A DNA stretch of 64,000 nucleotides from an uncultured Nitrospirota bacterium (GTDB taxonomy: Bacteria; CG2-30-53-67): assembly GCA_947259355.1 (NCBI GenBank), contig CAMYMF010000003.1:25085-89084 (forward strand), in the 5' to 3' direction. This document shows, one piece after another, positions 57,173 through 64,000 of this stretch. Under the pieces are notes generated by a model. That model saw nothing but the letters and a program-made list of their open reading frames with translations. It ran no database searches and was not told the origin of the DNA. Numbering within the stretch: the first letter of the stretch is position 1; the number at the start of each line of letters is the position of its first letter. Position numbers and translations under genes: made by a program.

Positions 57173-58732
57173 TCATGATTCAAAGCACTTATCCGCCATG
57201 CGCCCACGGTGGAACCTCTCCCGCAGCACGCCGAAAAGGTAGCGGTCCTCCGGGTCGACCCCGCTCAGACAGTACACCCCCAGGAAGCTCGCCAGAAACA
57301 GAGGGGTGTAAATGAGAATTCTTGCCACAGCCCCCAGTGGCGGCAGAAAATGATCCAGTAGCAGGAAAAAGCAATAGGTGACGAAACCGCACAAAATGAC
57401 CCGGTAGTAATGCCTGTTGTAGGGATGGATCTTCATGAGCCAGTAGACTTCGACCAGCATGAGCAGATTGAGGGTGGTGATTGAAATAGCGCTGGCCACT
57501 GCGGCCCCCCAGATGCCGTGGGACGGTACGAGCAGATAATTCAGGCACAGATTGAGTGCCGTGGCCCCCATCATATTGTGCATCATGAGTGTCTGTCTGC
57601 CGGACATGACCAGGATGACCCCCACAGATCCGACGCCGGCGTTCACAAGCTGGGCAAGCGCCAGGACCACCAGAGGCGGCCAACCGGAAATAAACTCTTG
57701 ACCAAAGGCAGCCATGATGTCTTGACAGAGGAGCAGCATCACGAGAAAAGCCGCCAGACTGATCGAAAAGACCCACTTGGTAACACACTTAAAGAGATAT
57801 GCCACCTTCTGGATCTCCTTTCGGTGGTGGAGGTCAGAAATCATGGGAGCGAAAATCGCGTTGAAGGAGACCAGAATAAGGCTCGTCAGCAGAGCCGTTT
57901 TCATGGCGGCATTGTAGATCCCCACTTCCTGGGTCGTCCTGAAATAGCCGAGCATCAAGGTGTCGGTCCAGACGAAGAGAAAGTTCATGACCGCCACTGA
58001 AAGCAGGGGCATGGAGAATCTCAAGAGCTTGCCTGTTTCCCAAAGGGAGGCGACATCCTGCAAGGCGGGGAGGGATCTTGCCAGAAAATAGAGCGCCAGA
58101 CAGGCGGTGAGGCCCAGGGAGATGACATAGGCGGCAACGACCCCGGACAGATGCCACCCTGCAGCGGCAAACGCCAGCACCAGGGCCGTGTTGACGGCTG
58201 GCCAAAAAAGATGTTGACCGTACACCGTATAGCGCATCACGCGAAAGCCCTGGGTGGCCGACAGCGCAACGAACATGAGGGCCGCAAAAGGCAGCGACAG
58301 CGACAGCACTCGGATAACATGGCCCAAATCGGGCCGATGGAAGAACCGGCCGAGCAGGGCCTCCCCTGACAGGCAGAGGGCCGCTCCGATCACCAGACTG
58401 GCTCCCAGAGAGAATAGGAGGCTCTGAATGATGACGCCTTTGATGCGGGCTGTGTCGTTGCTCCCGTTATGAAGGGCGATGAAACGCACGACGCCGCTTT
58501 CCAGACCCAACCGCCCAATCACCCCCGCCACGCTGATGACGGTCAGTCCAATCATGAAAAGACCGAAGGATTCAGCGCCCAGGAGCCGCACGACGACAAT
58601 GGTGTAGAGGAACTGAAGCCCGCCGCCGACGATTCTTCCCGCCAGGGTCGCACCGGCACCTCTTGCGACGTCGCTGAGCTCCCGTGCACAAAGGGAGGTC
58701 GCGTGATGTGGATCTTGAAGAGTCTTTCTCAT
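57173..58732 (-). CDS. wzx: Wzx-type polysaccharide flippase (MOP/oligosaccharide flippase superfamily)
   Basis: About 520 aa with 12-14 TM helices and a typical N-terminus LAGRIVGGGLQFLYTIVVVRLLG. Start MRKTLQ at 58732, with a GGGGA RBS. Confidence 0.8.
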   Translation of the reverse strand: MRKTLQDPHHATSLCARELSDVARGAGATLAGRIVGGGLQFLYTIVVVRLLGAESFGLFMIGLTVISVAGVIGRLGLESGVVRFIALHNGSNDTARIKGVIIQSLLFSLGASLVIGAALCLSGEALLGRFFHRPDLGHVIRVLSLSLPFAALMFVALSATQGFRVMRYTVYGQHLFWPAVNTALVLAFAAAGWHLSGVVAAYVISLGLTACLALYFLARSLPALQDVASLWETGKLLRFSMPLLSVAVMNFLFVWTDTLMLGYFRTTQEVGIYNAAMKTALLTSLILVSFNAIFAPMISDLHHRKEIQKVAYLFKCVTKWVFSISLAAFLVMLLLCQDIMAAFGQEFISGWPPLVVLALAQLVNAGVGSVGVILVMSGRQTLMMHNMMGATALNLCLNYLLVPSHGIWGAAVASAISITTLNLLMLVEVYWLMKIHPYNRHYYRVILCGFVTYCFFLLLDHFLPPLGAVARILIYTPLFLASFLGVYCLSGVDPEDRYLFGVLRERFHRGRMADKCFES

Positions 58733-58951
58733 AGTTCCCCTGAAACGTGGCTGTCGAACGCCCCGCACCAGTCGGGACAGCCCCACCGGGAAAGGCCGAC
58801 GCGTGCACCGACGGGTCTTTCAACAAAGGCGTCGTTCACGGCCAGACTGCTCGCCTGCCTTTCGCTCCGCCGAGCCATCCCGCTGCCGCGCTCATCCCGA
58901 AGGACAGGCACTCGTGGTATCGACGCAGAACCGAGAAACCCTGCGAAGCAG

Positions 58952-59815
58952 TCAGAATGCGCCATGTTTTGTGAGGACCCTCCAGATGGTCATGAAGATG
59001 ATTTTGACATCGAGAAGTGCGGACTTGCGATCAACATACTCCAGATCGTAACCCACGGTCTGCTGGAATGAGAGCCTGCCCCGACCATTGATCTGAGGCA
59101 AGCCGGTGATGCCCGGCTTGACTGAGAACTTTCGCATCTGCCGGGGCCGGTAGTTGGGAAGCATCTCGGGAATTTCGGGTCGTGGCCCGACCAGGCGCAT
59201 TTCGCCGGTGAGCACATTCCAGAAGTTGGGCAGTTCATCGAGAGTCGATTTTCGAAGCCATTTGCCCGCGCGCGTCACCCGGGGATCGTCTTCGACCTTG
59301 AACGCCATTCGTTCGATTTCAGCCTCCGAATAGTTGTAATCGTAGAGCTCCGGGAATCGACCCCGAGCGTCGGCATACATGGTTCTGAACTTGACGAATT
59401 GAAAGGTCGTAGGGACCCAGTATTTTTTCTCGGGCGAGAAGTTCGGATCGACGATCTGGAAACCCCTGCCCACCAGATCCGCACCCCGCACCAGTCTGCT
59501 CCGGCCGGTGCGCCGTTGGAAAAATAGCGCCGGTCCCGGGGAATCGAGCTTGATGACGGCGGCGACGACCAGCATGATGGGCAGCGACGCGACGAGGGCA
59601 AGAGCACCGGCCACCAGTTCAAAGACACGGTAAATGGCCCGACGGGCCAGCTCTCCGTGAGACAGGGACTGGCCGTAGCCCTCCTCCGCCGGGATGCAGA
59701 AGATCCGTTGCTGCTGGCTCCCGTAGGCCGAGATGTCCTCACACTGTTCCTTGGTGACGACATATTCAATGGGGATCGCTTTTTCATTGAAGATAGTATA
59801 GACTTGGGTTTTCAT
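58952..59815 (-). CDS. Polyprenyl-phosphate sugar phosphotransferase (bacterial sugar transferase, WbaP/EpsB-like initiating enzyme)
   Basis: TM helix, then [27 protein letters not shown] (the PF02397 signature). Start MKTQVYTIF at 59815; the track ORF to 59920 overlaps the upstream gene. Confidence 0.8.
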   Translation of the reverse strand: MKTQVYTIFNEKAIPIEYVVTKEQCEDISAYGSQQQRIFCIPAEEGYGQSLSHGELARRAIYRVFELVAGALALVASLPIMLVVAAVIKLDSPGPALFFQRRTGRSRLVRGADLVGRGFQIVDPNFSPEKKYWVPTTFQFVKFRTMYADARGRFPELYDYNYSEAEIERMAFKVEDDPRVTRAGKWLRKSTLDELPNFWNVLTGEMRLVGPRPEIPEMLPNYRPRQMRKFSVKPGITGLPQINGRGRLSFQQTVGYDLEYVDRKSALLDVKIIFMTIWRVLTKHGAF

Positions 59816-59846
59816 TCGGTCCCGTTCCCTTGGCGGTTCATCGTGG

Positions 59847-61172
59847 TTATACGAGGTTTCCCGAGGCCACCTGGGTGTGGCTCTTTTCCCGCACAACGCG
59901 CTGGGCCACTCGTTTCCCACTCAAGACAGACTGGTCGCTCCACAGATATTTCCACTCGCCATACCGCCCACAGGTGTGAATGTTGAGAGGCTTGAGATAG
60001 CGTTGTATTTCCCGCAGCGCTTCCTGCCGGTTATGGTCATAGATGACGTAACCGTATTCCTGAAACAGCACGTCCTCGAACAGTATGGTGTCATCCGCCC
60101 GGAGAATTCCAAAGCGAACTAGGTCGGCTCGCACCCGATGCAGCAGCTCATCGGGGTCCGGGCGATCCTTCCGGTCGTAGGAGATCTCCGCTTGCAGGGT
60201 ACTGGTCCCCTCCGGGTTCAACCCCCGGCAGAAATTGCTGGGAAAACTCATGCGAAAAACAGGGGTTTCGGCACCGGGAAAATGGATCCAGTGTTTGTCG
60301 GAAATCCCCGGCCGATTCACGGCCAGGTTGACGATGGCAATGGAATTGAACGCAAGCCGGTGAACTGCTCGCAGAACATCGGCCGGCGCGTCCGGAATGA
60401 TGCGAATCAGTTCCGGCAGCGCAAGGGTGGAAATCAGGTGGTCATAGGTGCGCCGAATCTCGCCCCCGTTGAAATGAATCACGCGCCGCACGGGGTCGAT
60501 GAAAGTCGCCCGGTGACCGTAGGCGATGGGGTCTACCTGGGCGGCCAGGGCAGCGGCAATCGCCCCGAATCCAGCACCCGTCGCTGTGGGATATCGGAAA
60601 TAGGTGTGGGTCCCCATGTTCGTGTCCTGATCCCGGAACATCCCCTTGAGAATGTCTACAAGCCTCGGTTGGGGCACCCGCTGTCCGGTCCACTCATGGG
60701 TCATCTCGCGAGGATCCACGCGCCAGAATTTTCTGGCATAGGGAATGAGGAAGTTCTCCGAGAAGCCCTGGCCGAAGTTGTGAACCATCCACTCCTCATA
60801 ATTCTCGGGTCGACTCCGCCGCTCGCGCATGAGAAATCCGATCACACACTGCAGCCGCAGATGCCAGGGTAGATGGGAGGTGTTCACCTGAAAGGGATAG
60901 AGGGAGTAACTCCCATTGCTGTAAATCCAACCATTCCGGCGGTGGGTCACCAGAGAGACGCCCAGGGCGTCAAGGAGCTTCAGAAAATAGTGTTCCTTGC
61001 TCTGCAGGACGTGGATACCAATGTCAAAGACAAAGCCCCGCTCGCTGATGGAATCGGACGCCCCGCCGGGACGCTGCCGCATCTCAAAAACGGGAAACCC
61101 CGAATGATATGCGGCACTGAGTCCCGCCAGGCCGGCGCCCAGAATGATGGTCTGTTCCGTCATGGCTGACAC
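59847..61172 (-). CDS. FAD-dependent oxidoreductase (amine-oxidase/UDP-galactopyranose-mutase-like Rossmann flavoprotein)
   Basis: 441 aa. N-terminal IILGAGLAGLSAAYHS and a C-terminal GRYGEWKYLWSDQSV block. Confidence 0.65.
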   Translation of the reverse strand: MSAMTEQTIILGAGLAGLSAAYHSGFPVFEMRQRPGGASDSISERGFVFDIGIHVLQSKEHYFLKLLDALGVSLVTHRRNGWIYSNGSYSLYPFQVNTSHLPWHLRLQCVIGFLMRERRSRPENYEEWMVHNFGQGFSENFLIPYARKFWRVDPREMTHEWTGQRVPQPRLVDILKGMFRDQDTNMGTHTYFRYPTATGAGFGAIAAALAAQVDPIAYGHRATFIDPVRRVIHFNGGEIRRTYDHLISTLALPELIRIIPDAPADVLRAVHRLAFNSIAIVNLAVNRPGISDKHWIHFPGAETPVFRMSFPSNFCRGLNPEGTSTLQAEISYDRKDRPDPDELLHRVRADLVRFGILRADDTILFEDVLFQEYGYVIYDHNRQEALREIQRYLKPLNIHTCGRYGEWKYLWSDQSVLSGKRVAQRVVREKSHTQVASGNLV

Positions 61173-61175
61173 CGT

Positions 61176-61364
61176 TTACACTCCAACCTGAATTAACACG
61201 TAGAAGACCGCGGCTGCCAGCGCCATACCGCCCGAAGCGATGAAGAAATAGCGCAGCACCGACGGCAGTGCGCGTCGCTGCGCCCTGTGCGATTGAATGA
61301 CATCCACCTGACCGGGCTCGGCCAGTGTCTCTTCTTGTTCTCTGACGAGTGTGCTATCTAACAT
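61176..61364 (-). CDS. Candidate small membrane protein (62 aa)
   Basis: MLDSTLVREQEETLAEPGQVDVIQSHRAQRRALPSVLRYFFIASGGMALAAAVFYVLIQVGV: a C-terminal TM helix. Its ATG lies 5 nt upstream of the Wzz TAG. The track ORF extends to 61580. Confidence 0.35.
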   Translation of the reverse strand: MLDSTLVREQEETLAEPGQVDVIQSHRAQRRALPSVLRYFFIASGGMALAAAVFYVLIQVGV

Positions 61365-62715
61365 AGTGGGTGTTCTCCAATTCAAAGTTTCCGTCCGTGC
61401 CACGGCGGCCTCCAAGGCCCTGTGACGCAAAGAAGATCCGAATGTTGAAGTAGGCCAGCACATAGACCATACCCATGGAAAGCATGAGCGACAGTATGGC
61501 TGTCGAGCCCACGTGATAGATCTTGATCGGATAGACCGGCCTGGCCGGCACCACGGCTGAGTGCAGCACGCGCGTCTCAATTTCCGGCGACAGGGCTTGT
61601 GCCGAAGCTTCGAGGTACAGGTCCTTCAGGTGCTGATACTCCCGGGTGGCCGCTTCGATCTTGAGGTTGAGCTCATCGAGCTGTTTTTGCAGCGTCGGCA
61701 TATCGAGGAGCTTGCCCTTCATGGCCTGCATGGAAGAGTGGATCGACGCCAATCTTGCCAGCAGCCCCTGCAGCTCCACTTCTTCGAACAGTTTTTCCGA
61801 TGCCATGCGCTTGTAATCCTGAGGCTGAATGTAGCCGCTCTTCTTCTTCTGCATCTCCCGCTCAAGGGACGCTATTTTCCGCCGTTTGGCAGCGATCTGC
61901 CCGTTGAGTTGGGCGCTCTCCTCCTCGAGGGAGTAGACGTTGCGCACCCCTTCTTCGCGCTCTTCGTTCACGGAGACAATGTTATAGGCATTCAGCAGTT
62001 CCTGGCGCTGTTCCTGAAGCTGGGTAATCTGGCCCTCTTTCTCGACAAGCTGCGTTTCCAACTGCACCGTCCGCCGCTCGGCCGGGTTCTGGTCCTGTGC
62101 TTTCAACCAGTGCACCAGTGCGCTGCCGAGGGTATCGACCGTTTTGGCTGCTCGCGCGGCATCTTTGTCGCGAACTTTGAGCACATACACGTAGGAGTCC
62201 TTGGTCGCGCGCAATTGGATGTTCTCGCGCAGTCTCTGGATGGCTCGGTCGGTCGGATCCTCGTCAATGGTGCGACCATACTTGAGGAGCATCCACGTAT
62301 TGGACAATGCATTGTGAGCCACCTCTCGAGCGTTGTGGATCCATTGGCGATACCAGAGAGACTCCTCGACCTCAGTCTCGGCGTCGAGTCCGAGCTCCTC
62401 CACCACCGGGCGGAGAATAACTTCGCTCATTACAATGTCTCGAAGAGTCTGCTGGATCACCTTAAAGGGAGCGTTTGGCACCGGTGCGCCAAAGGCCTCC
62501 GTGTTCTTTTGCCGGAGCAGACTGGACTCCTGGGGCCGATAGAAGATGGTTGTCTGCGTATCGTACCGTTCGGAAACAGCATAAGTGAGGACAATGGACG
62601 ACACCATAGCGGCCAGAGAAAACACGATGATGAATGCCTTCTGTCTGGCGAGTATGTCCAGGTATTTCCTCAAATCAACGTGAAACAGGAAGTCATTAGG
62701 GTCTTTGTTCGTCAT
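61354..62715 (-). CDS. Polysaccharide chain-length determinant (Wzz/GumC-like, PCP family without kinase domain)
   Basis: 453 aa. N-terminal TM (FIIVFSLAAMVSSIVLTYAV), a long coiled-coil periplasmic region, and a C-terminal TM (ILSLMLSMGMVYVLAYF). Confidence 0.75.
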   Translation of the reverse strand: MTNKDPNDFLFHVDLRKYLDILARQKAFIIVFSLAAMVSSIVLTYAVSERYDTQTTIFYRPQESSLLRQKNTEAFGAPVPNAPFKVIQQTLRDIVMSEVILRPVVEELGLDAETEVEESLWYRQWIHNAREVAHNALSNTWMLLKYGRTIDEDPTDRAIQRLRENIQLRATKDSYVYVLKVRDKDAARAAKTVDTLGSALVHWLKAQDQNPAERRTVQLETQLVEKEGQITQLQEQRQELLNAYNIVSVNEEREEGVRNVYSLEEESAQLNGQIAAKRRKIASLEREMQKKKSGYIQPQDYKRMASEKLFEEVELQGLLARLASIHSSMQAMKGKLLDMPTLQKQLDELNLKIEAATREYQHLKDLYLEASAQALSPEIETRVLHSAVVPARPVYPIKIYHVGSTAILSLMLSMGMVYVLAYFNIRIFFASQGLGGRRGTDGNFELENTHYVR

Positions 62716-62770
62716 TGCCGTTGCTCCTATTCATTGGGTTGATCATGGCTCGCGACAGGGGCGGGACCGT

Positions 62771-64000
62771 CTAAGTCAGGTCATACCCGTACTCTTTACC
62801 CCAAAGCATGTTGATGTACTTCTTGCTGACATAATGGCTCACGTCACGCTGACGCAACGCCATGTCTACTTCGGCATCCCGCTCTGCGAACATCCGCTCA
62901 ATGGCACCGTTGGCCCAGTATGTCGCGGGAAGCGCGAGGAACGCATCGATCTCCTTGCGGTAGACTGCCGCAGCCCCGTTGCCCAGGTTGGCATTGAGCA
63001 TCCATCGGAAAAGGACTCTGATCTTCTTCAGCTCCAGAGAGGGCAGGTATTCATCCTTGAGGACCGATCCGCCCCGGTAGGAATCAACCTCCTCCCATTT
63101 GGACTCGTCGATCATCCCCTTGGCCACACACTCGCGGTAAAGTTCGGTGCCAGGATAGGGATTGAACGTCGACAGCCAGACAATGTAGGGCTTGAGAACT
63201 GCGTTCAACCGGATCGTTTCCATCATGTTCTCGATGGTCTCGCCCGGAATACCGATCATGTTGAAGGATTGGGGTTTGAGGCCATACGCCTTGGCCGTCT
63301 GAAACACCTCGATCAAGTGCTCATTGCTGATATTGCGTTTCAACACCTTGCGACGGATCCGCTCGTTGCCGGCCTCGACGCCCATCTTGACCACCTTGCA
63401 GCCCGAGTCGCGCAGCTGCTCGGCAATCCTGCCGGTAAACATCAGCGGCTGGGAAGTACAAGCATAGGGGAGTCCTATTTCTCGGGGATACCGGTGGGCA
63501 AACTGATCGAACCACTCCCCTTCCTGGGCCATGATGTCGTCCACGAAGGTGAACCCCTTGATCTGGGGATAGGTCTGCTTCAGCTCCTTGAGCAGCCGGA
63601 TGGTCCCATCCACCGACCGCCGGCGTATCATGGCCTTCTTCCGGATGGCCTCGCGCCGGACCGTTTGACTGTCAGCGCGATACTGTTCGAAGAGAGGTTG
63701 ATTGAAGCAGTAGGTGCACGGATAGGGGCAGCCCCGGGTCACGATGACCTCAGCCCACCCGCCTCGGGTGGCCACAATTTTGCCGTAGTTGAATAAACGG
63801 TGATCCTCGAACGGCAGATCATCCAGATTCTGCTCCCAGGACAACAGGGGCTCCTGCACAATCTCGCCGTGGTCTCGGAACAATATGTTGGGAATACCAT
63901 GAAAGGACTCCCCCGAGGCCAGCCGCTGCACCACCGACAGCAGGGCCTGTTCGCCCTCGCCGCGGCAGACGACGTCGATCCACGGTTCCAACACCACCCG
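62771..64000 (-). CDS. B12-binding domain radical SAM enzyme (class B rSAM); N-terminus probably beyond window end
   Basis: CxxxCxxC rSAM motif VTRGCPYPCTYCFNQ, preceded by a cobalamin-binding-like region (VVCRGEGEQAL). The frame is open to the window edge. Confidence 0.75.
   Translation of the reverse strand, partial: RVVLEPWIDVVCRGEGEQALLSVVQRLASGESFHGIPNILFRDHGEIVQEPLLSWEQNLDDLPFEDHRLFNYGKIVATRGGWAEVIVTRGCPYPCTYCFNQPLFEQYRADSQTVRREAIRKKAMIRRRSVDGTIRLLKELKQTYPQIKGFTFVDDIMAQEGEWFDQFAHRYPREIGLPYACTSQPLMFTGRIAEQLRDSGCKVVKMGVEAGNERIRRKVLKRNISNEHLIEVFQTAKAYGLKPQSFNMIGIPGETIENMMETIRLNAVLKPYIVWLSTFNPYPGTELYRECVAKGMIDESKWEEVDSYRGGSVLKDEYLPSLELKKIRVLFRWMLNANLGNGAAAVYRKEIDAFLALPATYWANGAIERMFAERDAEVDMALRQRDVSHYVSKKYINMLWGKEYGYDLT

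Noticed and set aside
61561-63796. Long plus-strand ORFs (393 aa and 363 aa) opposite the Wzz and radical SAM genes
   Set aside because: Antisense shadows; there are strong family signatures on the minus strand.
1-64000. Search for CRISPR arrays, rRNA genes, transposases and integrases
   Set aside because: I saw no regularly spaced direct repeats, no rRNA-like segments and no transposase or integrase motifs. The only RNA gene I could support is tRNA-Leu(CAG).

Overview
This is a high-GC (about 60-62%) bacterial chromosomal segment. By eye it is densely coding on both strands, and many of the long ORFs in the track are antisense artefacts of that GC content. The gene content is what I would expect from a deltaproteobacterium-like (Thermodesulfobacteriota/Myxococcota-type) genome, but that placement is an inference from gene families only. 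All family assignments rest on visual motif recognition; no database search could be run.

Positions 1-43 kb are mostly core functions:
- a galT-glgA operon followed by a multi-GAF sensor gene that runs off the 5' edge of the window;
- a DciA-like DUF721 gene and rpoH;
- a DtxR/FeoA-fusion regulator translationally coupled to feoB;
- nadE, an FAD oxidoreductase, a putative outer-membrane beta-barrel protein, a CorC/HlyC transporter, a single-HKD PLD lipoprotein, a 613-aa protein with no recognisable domains, and ssb;
- a lytic transglycosylase, an FmdB zinc-ribbon protein, and a glutaredoxin that appears to be leaderless;
- an ECF sigma / zf-HC2 anti-sigma / 971-aa VIT-vWA operon;
- mutY, glpD, a tautomerase, tRNA-Leu(CAG), an orphan AmmeMemoRadiSam protein A, a bifunctional nuclease, azoR, and a PNPOx-like protein;
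- the def-fmt-DUF116-htpX-rsmB cluster;
- a pepA-folB-folK-dNK operon;
- an unusual 2xDUF4388 + J-domain + TPR protein;
- ttcA and a SPOR lipoprotein.

From about 43.0 kb to the window end is a roughly 21-kb polysaccharide biosynthesis locus, almost entirely on the minus strand and continuing beyond 64,000. It opens with an AT-rich divergent control region (a consensus-like promoter, an 8-mer tandem repeat, and a small Cys-rich basic ORF) and a secreted STN-like protein. The locus encodes:
- core Wzx/Wzy machinery: Wzx flippase, a Wzy-like polymerase, a Wzz/GumC-like chain-length determinant, and an initiating polyprenyl-phosphate sugar transferase;
- glycosyltransferases: four GT2 enzymes in two paralogous pairs, and one GT4;
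- UDP-galactopyranose mutase (galactofuranose);
- decorating enzymes: a sulfotransferase, a TylF-like O-methyltransferase, an alkaline-phosphatase-superfamily protein, an FAD oxidoreductase, and a B12-binding radical SAM enzyme;
- a secreted BNR/sialidase-like protein.

I would look first at three things. (1) This EPS locus appears to specify a sulfated, methylated, Galf-containing polymer. (2) The ECF sigma / anti-sigma / VIT-vWA envelope signalling module. (3) The DUF4388-J-TPR chaperone-recruiting protein together with the 613-aa hypothetical. I found no CRISPR array, rRNA, transposase, or integrase.
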